Shown here: positions 1 through 10,100 of the stretch, piece after piece
Numbering within the stretch: the first letter of the stretch is position 1
How the letters are laid out: each line of letters opens with the position of its first letter
Assembly: GCA_004431415.1 (NCBI GenBank)
Contig: QPMI01000416.1
Coordinates: forward strand, 62,001-126,000
Length of the DNA: 64,000 bases
Source: Cyanophora paradoxa CCMP329
Lineage: Eukaryota > Plantae > Glaucophyta
Direction: 5' to 3'
Notes under the pieces: generated by a model
Seen by the model: only the letters and a program-made list of their open reading frames with translations
Databases searched by the model: none
Told to the model about the DNA's origin: nothing
Position numbers and translations under genes: made by a program

Positions 1-370
1 TGAAAAGACGATTTAATATAGGCTCACCCTTTCCTGACATCGATAGACTCGGATTATCAATAAAATCGTCCAGCACAATTAACAGGTTACCGACTTTCTC
101 ATTTTTCTTGATCCTCTCCTTGCGTTTCTCTATTATATTGTCGATCAGCTTATGGTCGAAATCCTCATACAGATACGATGTGACATTGTCGTATTGATGA
201 TTCCAGATCGTGGAGGCGAAAATCATCACCGAATCTATCTTGTCCTCGTTGTGGTAAAGCAGGTATTTCAAAAACACTGACTTCCCAGTTGCAGTTTTGC
301 CCACAAAAACGGCGCGATTCGGAAATTCCAGGCTTCCCGGGTCAAACTCACTCAGATCTTGTATATCCAT
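1..370 (-). CDS. A32/FtsK-like DNA packaging ATPase (3' part off-window; not in ORF track)
   Basis: Manual translation MDIQDLSEFDPGSLEFPNRAVFVGKTATGKS (Walker A) and LLIVLDD (Walker B); aligns with 18451-19233; follows the MCP. Confidence 0.88.
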   Translation of the reverse strand, partial: MDIQDLSEFDPGSLEFPNRAVFVGKTATGKSVFLKYLLYHNEDKIDSVMIFASTIWNHQYDNVTSYLYEDFDHKLIDNIIEKRKERIKKNEKVGNLLIVLDDFIDNPSLSMSGKGEPILNRLF

Positions 371-421
371 TTCCCTTATAAGAAACATATAAAAATTACG
401 AAACGCGACAGCCCTCATTCC

Positions 422-1870
422 TCATGCCGATATTCTACTGAGACCGTTGGCATTCATTACAAGGATATTGTGGCAATAAGCCGAGATCTGAACACCGACC
501 TTTGTCCAGGTGGCGAGGGGTGTGCCATTGGGTGTGAGGATTAGGAAGCTCGACGCTGATTGCGTTAGATCGACGTAGCCAGTCGCCTTCTCACCTTTGA
601 GCGCCGCTTTACCATCGAGAGCAAAGCAGAAGCCAGTGTAAATGGGGCGCTTGTTGCTATCGATCCAGTTGGTCATCTTGAATTTATCGGCGAGCTCCAT
701 AGCCGCGGATTGCAGCGGGACACCAGTGTTGGAATATAGGTAATTGTTGTTATTTAGAACTTGCATCACGACATTATCATCGAAGGCAAGGGTGCGGACA
801 GTAGAGTGCCCTCCTTTATTATCGCCGAGTGTGTTTTCGTCGCGAACCTTGACAACAAGTGCGTAAACAAGTCCCGAAATTTGAGATAGTGACAGGCGGA
901 GACCAGAGCCGAGAGCAAGACCGGTATAATCCGCAAACTGAATATCAGTGTAGGGGATGGCGATGCCAGAGGTCTTAACACGAGTAATGATTTCGCCCAT
1001 CGTTTCCTCATCGATGTTAACAGCATCCATAATGATACGAGGGGTCGTCATTTCCAGATTCGCAAGTGCAGGTGTAGGTGTGAGAGCCGCACTATCGAAA
1101 ATCGCAGTGGCATTAGGGTGAGCTAAGGTCTTAATATTTCCGAAAGCAGCCGCAACAGCAAGCGTCGTCTCGCCATCAGTAGAATTGGCAGCAGTAATTG
1201 CAGTCGTGTTATTCTGAGCGTAAACGCCAGGAACCGCCGCAGTTTCGAGCAGCGCAGGGGTTTGGAAATATACTTCGACCGCGATTTCGGATGGGAGCGC
1301 ACCGATGGGCACGCCAGCATCGAGGAAGCTCGGAATTCGCATGGTAAAAATGCCGCCAGCTTGGTTGCCGCCCTCTACCTTCGGTCCGAGATGCAGCCCA
1401 TGCTTGCGCTTCTTTTGATCGAATTCAGCCGGAGTGTTAGCCAGGAAAGCGTAATCTACCAGTCGCTCAGCGGGAATAATTTGCTCATACGACCCGTATT
1501 TAATGCTGACTCGCTGAACAAACGAGCCAGGAAGCCCGCGGACGAAACCAGTATTGAATAGATCAGCCGAGCAGTCAGCAGAGGTCTTGGCGATGGCAGT
1601 CAGCGCCTTCGCCGATGGAATGGTAACTTGGAGGCTAATACCATTGCACCAATTGTAGCGAGGGAGATAGAAGACCACACGAGTGGTAGCACCAGTAGAG
1701 GAGAACAGATTGCCGGGATCCGCAATTGGGAGCACCTCCACACGAGAAGGCTTGAATTGTTTGTCCACACCCACGATAAATCCGCGATCCAAAAGCATGC
1801 TCTTGTAATCCTCCGGGGTTTCGAGGACGGATTTGAGCGTGAGGCGGCTAAGCGAGGTCGTGGGATCCAT
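422..1870 (-). CDS. Major capsid protein (PLV-type double jelly-roll), outer element
   Basis: 482 aa, beta-rich, between penton-like gene and ATPase; aligns end to end with 17027-18397 (LPRYN, LSQISGLVYAL, GYVDLT). Confidence 0.8.
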   Translation of the reverse strand: MDPTTSLSRLTLKSVLETPEDYKSMLLDRGFIVGVDKQFKPSRVEVLPIADPGNLFSSTGATTRVVFYLPRYNWCNGISLQVTIPSAKALTAIAKTSADCSADLFNTGFVRGLPGSFVQRVSIKYGSYEQIIPAERLVDYAFLANTPAEFDQKKRKHGLHLGPKVEGGNQAGGIFTMRIPSFLDAGVPIGALPSEIAVEVYFQTPALLETAAVPGVYAQNNTTAITAANSTDGETTLAVAAAFGNIKTLAHPNATAIFDSAALTPTPALANLEMTTPRIIMDAVNIDEETMGEIITRVKTSGIAIPYTDIQFADYTGLALGSGLRLSLSQISGLVYALVVKVRDENTLGDNKGGHSTVRTLAFDDNVVMQVLNNNNYLYSNTGVPLQSAAMELADKFKMTNWIDSNKRPIYTGFCFALDGKAALKGEKATGYVDLTQSASSFLILTPNGTPLATWTKVGVQISAYCHNILVMNANGLSRISA

Positions 1871-1923
1871 ATTTCGTTTTTATCTTCCGCTGAGAAATTT
1901 ATTTTAGAAGAACGGATTATTTT

Positions 1924-3189
1924 TTACAGCCACCCGCTCAACGCATTCGTTAAATTGCCGCAATGCGGGTAGTCCTCATAGAGCATTTTCGCGAATCCCT
2001 TATTAACAATGCGCTGTAAATCGTCGTCGGGCTCATCCACTCCCATAGTAATTTCCAAAATGAATGTGTGCTCACAGCTTCCGAGGAAATACCTATAACC
2101 GCTCTCCGTGAGAATTTGAACGGTTAAACTATCAAAGGAGAGGCGGGTGTTAAAGTATTTCGTGAAAGCATCCGCCCCATAATTAATTAGCTCAGCATCA
2201 GCATAGGCTGTGCCTTTCGAAATCGGGATCTTAGCGAGGAATCCATTAGTAGCCTCGGTGCATGTCGTAAAAAGCGAGCAGTCCGGCTCTGTGATCTTTA
2301 AAACTATTGCATTATCCGGTGTATAATCAGGGGCAGTGCCTCCGGCTATGCCTAAGACCAGAGCCGTCGAATTATAATTGCGGAATGCATCACCAGCTGA
2401 GTAAACGACACCACTCCCAGCAAAGGCTGTATAGCCCGATCCGTTGTATTGATCTATCATTATATTCTCTCTGATCGATGTAAACCCGAGAAGAGTCATC
2501 GTGCGATAGGCGAGCACCTTTCTCTCATTCGCAGTAGACCCAGTGGCATTACTCGGACCATATTTAGTGAAAGCTATGTAGACATAATCACTCGAATAAA
2601 AGCATATGGCATTTAATGTGCTCTCAAAACGGCATCTCACCACCGGGTAAAAGGTTCCCCCTGTCGATGCGTAGCTTGGATTAATTTTTGTGTCGATCAT
2701 ATCCTTGATGTAGTTGCCAGTTCCATTTTTCGTTAAGATGTTATCGATTGCAGTGGCAAGGTCGGTTCCAGTCGAGTATGTGCCCGGAGGGATCGTAATT
2801 GCTACGTCTCTGTATCGGGTATATCTTCTGAAAGTGTTTAGGTAATCAGGCGGTATATAGTTGCCTTGGTCGCCAGCATCTATGGCTTTGTAAGCGTCAT
2901 ATATTGCAGTTGCCTGTGAATCTCTGATTTCCTGAGTGGCACCATTCAGCTGACCGCTCGAAAATCGGTAAGGAAATGATATGAAAATCGTATTAGCATC
3001 ATCGGCTTTCGTTTCCCCGATTTCAGTATAGAATTGAGGGCTTGGAACCGTGGGAATAGTGTTGGAAAATTCGATCTGTCGCACAGCGATGCTCTTCACA
3101 TTGTGGTATTGCTTTGGAAGGGTCACCTTATAGGAATGAGCCGAGCCCTCTGATCGATCACGGCTACTGATGCTGAGATACTCGCGCAT
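1924..3189 (-). CDS. Minor capsid (penton-like) protein 1, outer element
   Basis: Likely start MREYLSISSRDRS; YKVTLP..Y.NV.SI, FLAKIP and C-terminal HTFILEI motifs typical of PLV/virophage pentons. Confidence 0.72.
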   Translation of the reverse strand: MREYLSISSRDRSEGSAHSYKVTLPKQYHNVKSIAVRQIEFSNTIPTVPSPQFYTEIGETKADDANTIFISFPYRFSSGQLNGATQEIRDSQATAIYDAYKAIDAGDQGNYIPPDYLNTFRRYTRYRDVAITIPPGTYSTGTDLATAIDNILTKNGTGNYIKDMIDTKINPSYASTGGTFYPVVRCRFESTLNAICFYSSDYVYIAFTKYGPSNATGSTANERKVLAYRTMTLLGFTSIRENIMIDQYNGSGYTAFAGSGVVYSAGDAFRNYNSTALVLGIAGGTAPDYTPDNAIVLKITEPDCSLFTTCTEATNGFLAKIPISKGTAYADAELINYGADAFTKYFNTRLSFDSLTVQILTESGYRYFLGSCEHTFILEITMGVDEPDDDLQRIVNKGFAKMLYEDYPHCGNLTNALSGWL

Positions 3190-3216
3190 TTTATTCTTTA
3201 TTAATAGGAAATAAAA

Positions 3217-4191
3217 ATGATTCGGAAGCCAGTTAACGATTTCTATAATGGCAAGTTTACGAGGGTCAATGTTAATATCGATTCTATTGAGCGCAGTGCA
3301 GGGCACCCGGGAGAATATACAGTAAAGCTTTCTCAGCGACTTCTGAACGTAAAAGGGGTGCGCATTGCAAGCGCCGAGCTCCCGAACACGATTTATGCTG
3401 TCACCGATAATTCCAGAGGCGTGACCATACAGGGAATGACGAACAGCATCACCTTTTCCCCTTTTCCTGATATAGGAAACTACACCCCCGCGATTTGGGG
3501 ATATGGTAATAAGAACTTAGGCTATTCGGGCAGCTTTGTCGATGTAAACCCTCTCACAAGCGAAAGCGTCACAGTCTACTACAAGTGGCTCTATAATCCA
3601 GCGACAATGAAAATTACTTTTTATTCGAGCATTCCCCTCACACTGAGCTGTGCATATGACGACTTTGCAAGGTTCCATGGAATGATCAAAGGGGATATGT
3701 ATCAAACAATTCCAGTTGGTGAGGGTTCAGAGCATCTCACGGTAGACTATTTACCCCTCACACCCAGCAATCCAAAATACTCATTTCTACAAGCCTATGA
3801 GGGCAAAACAAAATACCCCGCCGGAATATCTGTGCTTCCATTCCCTCTTGAACATGCAGTGACCTTCCCGAATGCGATCAATTTAAATCCGACCCCCTAT
3901 GTTTACCTACAAATTAAAGAGTTTACTCCCTTTTACGACAGGTATATGGTGGCAGCAAAGACAGATGAGGGTGGAAATGGTAACCTCGCTAAGATCCCAC
4001 TAACCAGCCCCTTGGGATCGTTTGTTTACTACCTGACATTCCGCAGAATCGATACTGTGGAGTTCTTTAATTCCCACGATCAGGCTTATGATATAGACAC
4101 GCTCACAATTAAATGGCTCGACGCCTACAATAATGTAGTCAACTTTAATGGCGTTAATCACAGCTTTATATTAGAGGTGCTATCGGGTTAA
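3217..4191 (+). CDS. Minor capsid (penton-like) protein 2, outer element, divergent from protein 1
   Basis: NIDSIERS, SAELPNT, YVYLQI, LAKIPL, NFNGVNHSFILEV. Confidence 0.75.
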   Translation: MIRKPVNDFYNGKFTRVNVNIDSIERSAGHPGEYTVKLSQRLLNVKGVRIASAELPNTIYAVTDNSRGVTIQGMTNSITFSPFPDIGNYTPAIWGYGNKNLGYSGSFVDVNPLTSESVTVYYKWLYNPATMKITFYSSIPLTLSCAYDDFARFHGMIKGDMYQTIPVGEGSEHLTVDYLPLTPSNPKYSFLQAYEGKTKYPAGISVLPFPLEHAVTFPNAINLNPTPYVYLQIKEFTPFYDRYMVAAKTDEGGNGNLAKIPLTSPLGSFVYYLTFRRIDTVEFFNSHDQAYDIDTLTIKWLDAYNNVVNFNGVNHSFILEVLSG

Positions 4192-4209
4192 AATAATCTT
4201 ATATTACAA

Positions 4210-4762
4210 ATGAGTATCACGAATCTCCCCTTTATCACTCGGGAAACCTTGTATTTGGATGACGGTTTCGAGCTCAGCAGTAACATTACCGCTTCCAATG
4301 TGACCATATCTTCAAACCTTGTGGTAAAAGACTTTCTATTAAACCAGAGCAACCTTGAATATATCGATATCACCAGCAATCTCCCTTTTACCTATGGCAC
4401 TGATAACTCAGCCCTCGTTATCTATCATGGGGGCGCACCTGTTGCATTCTTTGGCAGCAATTTCCCCACTGTGCGAACCTTCCAGCACGAAATCAATAAA
4501 GCCCGCCCCATCCCACTGACAGCTGTCGTCGAATGGGATCCTGTTAAATATTCGCAGAGCATCACAAGCAATATCACCCTCACTCGACCGCATTTAATTG
4601 ATGTCATGGGGGTCGACCTTGTAAAGGAGTTTTATAGTGAGCGATTCACAAGAAACGAGCGAGATGTAGCCCAGGATCTCGAAATCTCGGGTTTATCAAT
4701 TGCTACCGCAGCAAACACGGCAGGGCTCGCTGTTTTAACAGGGGCTATCACCATCACTGATG
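4210..4762 (+). pseudogene. 5' part of a fibre-like virion gene split by the inner element (continues at 31023)
   Basis: SN-rich beta repeats; frame ...AITITD joins AIMYLSRDLVPLLD at 31023 once the element and one TSD copy are removed. Confidence 0.85.
4757..4762 (+). repeat. Left target-site duplication CTGATG
   Basis: Identical CTGATG at 31017-31022, directly outside the right TIR. Confidence 0.95.
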
Positions 4763-4935
4763 ACACATAGGGATACCCCTGATCCAAGCCCTCCGGCCTT
4801 CGGCCTACAGGCTTGGATCAGGGGTATCCCTATGTGTGCGCGTTTCAGGTACTAGGGTAGTAATCATTTATTTCAGGTCTTAGGGTATTAATCATGTCTT
4901 TTTGGCACCAGTATGTTGGCCGCCTCTGGGGTATT
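4763..4935 (+). repeat. Left TIR of inner element, with terminal hairpin 4763-4837
   Basis: Reverse complement of 30844-31016 with about 3 mismatches; perfect 28-bp arms at 4763-4790 and 4810-4837. Confidence 0.95.
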
Positions 4936-5046
4936 AGATGTAATGTGTCTCACTGTAATCGAATTTATCTTTACCATGAACTGTCATAGCAGCATCAATA
5001 AACTTTTTTTGTTTTACTATCCATACTCTATATATAACCAATATTC

Positions 5047-5880
5047 TTATGGAGCAGTATCCTGCCCAAAAATGGGGAAATATCGATTTGTCCCATAGTA
5101 TTCAGCATAGGTATTCTGCTTTGCAATAAAATCGGTTCTCTCTGCAAACATCACACACTTGTAGATACCAAACTTGGTGGCTCTCACAAGAAACTGATAG
5201 TCTTCCAAACCGAAATTGACTCCATGATAAGCAATTCCGAAATTATCATATGGGGTGATCACAACTGCAAAGTTGGGAGTTCCACCTTCAACTTGGCAAA
5301 CAGCATATACATCTGGTGGGATATCAACAACCACCTTGTAGTGATCACCAATCTCAACAAGAGAGTCAACTACTGCTGTTTGTTCATTTACAACAATGGG
5401 GAATATTTTGATTATATAGGGGGCATTCATGCTGGGGACATAGGTTCGAATTCTTGTGTTGGGATCAATGGGATTGGGCTGATCATTCACAAATAGAGGC
5501 GCTCCAACAGCCCCACCAACCCTAAGACCATCACCAATATAAGCTCCCCCCGATTTGCAGTTAATAGCTCCCGACCTAGATTCAAAAGAATAAGTAGACA
5601 GAGGATCTCCATAGCTATCTGGGTCTCCATAATGAGCAGAAAAGTTTGCATTTGTGACAAGTAGCTTAGTTGTCTTAACTAAACCATTATTTTTATCACA
5701 CCTGAGTTCCTGTAATCTCAGTTTGTGGGTGGAACCAAAGGTGTTCATTGTAGGTTGGACCTCTGTTGATTGGAGACCCTCTACATCATCAAAGGTAGCA
5801 TGTTGCAGAACATGGTTTGCTGGGGCAGCTAATGATAGCTGTGGTGTAATAATTCGTTCAAGTGGGGGTTGCTCAGCCAT
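5047..5880 (-). CDS. Putative virion accessory/fibre protein (ELR.DK..GLVKTT family)
   Basis: 277 aa; N-terminal module shared with 5904-6797 and 36003-37014. Confidence 0.6.
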   Translation of the reverse strand: MAEQPPLERIITPQLSLAAPANHVLQHATFDDVEGLQSTEVQPTMNTFGSTHKLRLQELRCDKNNGLVKTTKLLVTNANFSAHYGDPDSYGDPLSTYSFESRSGAINCKSGGAYIGDGLRVGGAVGAPLFVNDQPNPIDPNTRIRTYVPSMNAPYIIKIFPIVVNEQTAVVDSLVEIGDHYKVVVDIPPDVYAVCQVEGGTPNFAVVITPYDNFGIAYHGVNFGLEDYQFLVRATKFGIYKCVMFAERTDFIAKQNTYAEYYGTNRYFPIFGQDTAP

Positions 5881-5903
5881 TTTACATTAAAGGGATATAT
5901 CTT

Positions 5904-6797
5904 TTATGGGGTTGGGTCATCAATTACATCTAATTCTTGGTAAAATCCTGTTGTGAATATATCAGCAACATTTACCCCACGAAGTGCTGATACAGCTGCT
6001 ATATCTGTTCTCAGTCCCATAATCATAGTATTGTATACTCCAACCTCAGTGACAAACAGATCATAGGTAAATGTCAAATTGTTATAAACACAATATCCTC
6101 TGCCAAAATGGTTCGAAGCTTGAACAAAGAATAAGTAGTTGTGTCCTGGTTGATTATTATTGGCTCTACACATGGAAAGCATTGCAGTGGGAAGAGGAAT
6201 ATTTCTTCTTACTCGATCAGTTCCTGTAATGGAAACTAATTCCGAATTCTCAAGAGTTACAGAGGATGCAACATAGAAATGCAAAAAAGGTTGCTGTGCA
6301 ACAGGTGTGTAGAAACGAATTCGTTGGGGGTCATCCACATTCTGTTCAAGAGTATCTGGGACATCATTATACGAAATTGAGGATGAAAGCTGACCTGAAA
6401 CTCTGCAACCTCCACCAATAAAAGCTCCTCCTGATCTCACAGTAACAGCAGCAGAATTCTTATCGAAATCAAGGGCTTTCAGATCAACACTGTAAGCATC
6501 AGGACCTCCATTTGTCGGTTGAAAGAAGTTTGCATTTGTTACAAGTAGTCGTGTGGTTTTAACTACACCCGAATTCTTATCGGCTCGGAGTTCTTTTACA
6601 CGAATCATCGAATTTTTATCGAAAGAGTTACCATTAGAATTGGGTCTCTCTGTGGATTCTAAACCACGAACCTCATCATTAACTTCATGCTGGCGAAAGT
6701 GCATAGCAGGGGATCCAAGGGAATATATTGGAAGTTGAACTCGATTATATTCACCCATTGCTTCTTTTACTAAGAAGGAAAGAAAAATAAACACCAT
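5904..6797 (-). CDS. Putative virion accessory/fibre protein, tandem paralogue (likely start 6758)
   Basis: ELRADKNSGVVKTTRLLVTNANF and SGGAFIGGG shared with its neighbour. Confidence 0.6.
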   Translation of the reverse strand: MVFIFLSFLVKEAMGEYNRVQLPIYSLGSPAMHFRQHEVNDEVRGLESTERPNSNGNSFDKNSMIRVKELRADKNSGVVKTTRLLVTNANFFQPTNGGPDAYSVDLKALDFDKNSAAVTVRSGGAFIGGGCRVSGQLSSSISYNDVPDTLEQNVDDPQRIRFYTPVAQQPFLHFYVASSVTLENSELVSITGTDRVRRNIPLPTAMLSMCRANNNQPGHNYLFFVQASNHFGRGYCVYNNLTFTYDLFVTEVGVYNTMIMGLRTDIAAVSALRGVNVADIFTTGFYQELDVIDDPTP

Positions 6798-7106
6798 TCA
6801 AGCCAAAGCAATTAGATTGGATCCAAGAGATTGGTAAGCGGTTGTTAGACATTGGAGGTTTGATGTCATCGCTTTAAGGTTAGAATCACATTCGCCATAA
6901 CGTGTTACGGGATCACCATAAGCCGATTGCGCAAGGACATTAACCAAAAGGTTTTTATATTCATGAACAACCGGTGACAGTTTGTTGGTTTGCTGTATCG
7001 TTTTTTCGACAGTTTGTAGTGCGGCTACAAGTTTGATAGTATCAAAAGCAAGAGCGACAGGCTCAGAAGAAGTAGAAGGAGTTCCACCGAGTGGATAGGT
7101 CGCCAT
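6798..7106 (-). CDS. Hypothetical protein
   Basis: 102-aa ORF packed tightly between co-oriented genes. Confidence 0.55.
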   Translation of the reverse strand: MATYPLGGTPSTSSEPVALAFDTIKLVAALQTVEKTIQQTNKLSPVVHEYKNLLVNVLAQSAYGDPVTRYGECDSNLKAMTSNLQCLTTAYQSLGSNLIALA

Positions 7107-7109
7107 TTA

Positions 7110-10100
7110 TTATACTGTGACATTTTTAATTTGGTCTATTTGACTTTGGAGATTTTCACATGTTTGTGTTAAATCTTTGCATTTCTTAGATAACTCTTTA
7201 ACGGCTTCTATGAGAACTGGAATTAAACCCGTGTATTCGAGAGAAAGGTAACCATCGTCTTTTTTAACATTAACTACCTCTGGTATTACCTTTTGAACAT
7301 CTTGTGCAATTAAACCTAATCTTGTTCCGTCTTTTTCACTTCCAATTCGTTTAAAACTTACTCCTTCTAATTTTTCAATCGCTGAAAGAGCGCCGGTTAT
7401 CTTTTTAATATCTGTTTTATATCTTATGTCACTTCCTTGTGTTAAATACCCTCCTATCCACATCCAACCACCATGATACATGTAACAAATATCAGTATCT
7501 TGCTCATTTCGGAATACAAGGGGAATATCTCCCCTTCCTTTCAAATATGTAGAAGTATTATTACCGAAATGGATACGATTGTATCCATCACTGGAATTAA
7601 ACCAAGTCCCCACATCTCCTGTTAAGATATTTGGTTTGCTATAAACGTTATTCCAATGAATATAGCCGGTGTGACCACCATAACTATTTCCTACCCATAT
7701 TTTCATGTAACTTATACCCATAATGTGAACTCTTCCGATCTTTGGTCTAATTCGAATTGTGAGAAATCGATTACCAAGATGTATCGGAACATTATTTACA
7801 CCACTGTGGTTACCATCAGGCGATGTGGCGTATGGTTGATAACTATTCACTGATGTAATAAAAACTTCATTCCCTTGTCTATTAACTCCCCAAATTTCAA
7901 AAAGTCGTGAGCTTACCCAAGGTAAATAGGTTAAAAATGCTGTTCCTGTGTGATATCCTTCTGGAATATCGAAGTCTATCCAAGCGGTAGAAGTTTGATC
8001 ATCCGTTTGATTATTATGAACATATGAACCATAATTATAATGTGGATCCCATGCTGCACTCCACGCCCATGTCCAATCGCCATAAGAACATCTATTAAAT
8101 TCAATACCTCCTTTTGTTTTATCTGCTGTGTGAAACTTTGGAACAGCATTACCATTTATTTGAAGATCTGTTGTAGCATTAATAGTGGGTGCTGTAATAG
8201 TGTTTTTCACCCAAAAGTTACCATTGTTATAAGACTTTAATATTGCTCCATCTGCTGAGTCTCTGAATTCAATTGAAACACCACCACTATTTCCATAACC
8301 TCGAATATATGTGCAATCACCATTTCCAAACCAAATTCGCGGAACAGTGTCGGTTGATTTTAACCATGTATTTGTTGGCCATGTCGCTGTTTGTGGAAGG
8401 TCTGCGGCTGTTATTAAAGCGGGACGACTATAAATATTATCCCAACTTATCAAACCATTCGCTGGTGCTGTTCTCCCTACTTCTTTTGTCCATCCAAGCA
8501 TTCCAATGTGAATTCGTCCTTTTTTTGCGAAAATTCCAATATGTGAGAAATTCCCACAAAATACGGATGTCCATAATAAACTCGAATGCCAAGCTGTGTC
8601 GGCTGTGTTTTGAACATTTTGATACGTATTAACTCTCATAATATAATTCCATCGACCATTGCGATATCCGTAAATATCGAAATATCGCCCATTCGTCCAA
8701 CATAAATATTGAATGTGACATGTTTTCATTCCTGCTGGAACCACACACTGCATGTAGCCACTGCCACTTTCATCATCTGTTTGGTTGCAATAAAAACCCT
8801 CTACTGGGTTATCTGTTGTGGGTTTCCATGCTGTTGTCCAATTTCCCACAAAATCAACACCTGTGCTATTCCAACCACTCACCACATCAAAATCGGAATA
8901 TTTGCCGACAGGATTAAAAGCGATATTATCATAATGAATTAATCCAACATCATTATCGGTTGCTCTTTGTCTACTCCAACCAAATACACCCGTAAAATAA
9001 ATGCGACCTTTCACACCTTTTACCACAATCTTTTTATAGAAATCACAGTTTATAGAAGTATAGATAATAGCGTTATAGGTTCCATCTTGAATTCCACTAT
9101 CTTGTATTGCTTGATAGTGATTAACACGTTTTAGGAAATGCTGATGTCCATTAACAGTTTCACCGTAAATGTCGAAATATCTACAATTATGCCAATTCAA
9201 AAGTTGAATATAAAACGATTTCATACCCTCTGGTATTGCCCAACGCATCCAACAACCCGTAACATCTGCATCATTCTCAGGTGTGGTGTAACATCCTGTT
9301 TGTCCTGTTCTATGTCCTGTCCAATTGACAGTCCAATTATTCGCGCTTCTATCTGTCGAAACCACATCTAATTGGTCGAAATCGTAACCTTTTGGTATTG
9401 TGGTTCCGCCAATTTGTAAAGTGGTAGCATTCACAGTTCCTGTTACAGTTCCACCTGTTAGAGGTAGATAATTAGCAAGTGCCGCCGTTAAATCGGTATC
9501 TGTAACAAAATCTGTAACAGCTAATTGTAATTCTGTATTTGTAACATAATCTTTGTTTTCTAAATAATCATCTGTAACAACACCGGAAAGGGTTGTATTG
9601 TGTAAGTTTTTCGCCGCCATTCTCTGATTGACTTCTAAGGCGCCACCTGTTGTCGTTTTGATCCACGCCATCTCACACTTTCCGTGATCATCTGTGGGTT
9701 GTCCTGCAACAGGAAGATAGTTTACAACTTTCTCCCTTGTGAATACTATCTTAGGTCTTGCTCCATCATATGCGCTTTGATCTGTTACGTTAATTTGAAT
9801 AGCTGCTGAAAAATCCGCTACTTGTCCTGTTTCACCCGGGTGATAATTCGTGACATAGATACTGGGGAAAGTATCATTAATTCCTACATTAAAATCGCCA
9901 CTATACACTCCATTTACGATTGGATCCCTGGGTAATCTTACTGCAAGAGTTCCCACCATCGGTGTGCCTGTTTCACCTGTAAATGAACCATTGAGACTAA
10001 CATAATGATCATTCAAAAATAGCCTTTCAGGTGTATTAATTGATTGGTAAAGTGTGACTCCATTAAAAACGTTTCCGATTGCATTCAATTGGGCAAAAAC

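Noticed and set aside
3190-3306. N-terminal extension of the 460-aa ORF
   Set aside because: Overlaps the divergent penton gene; homology begins at ATG 3189
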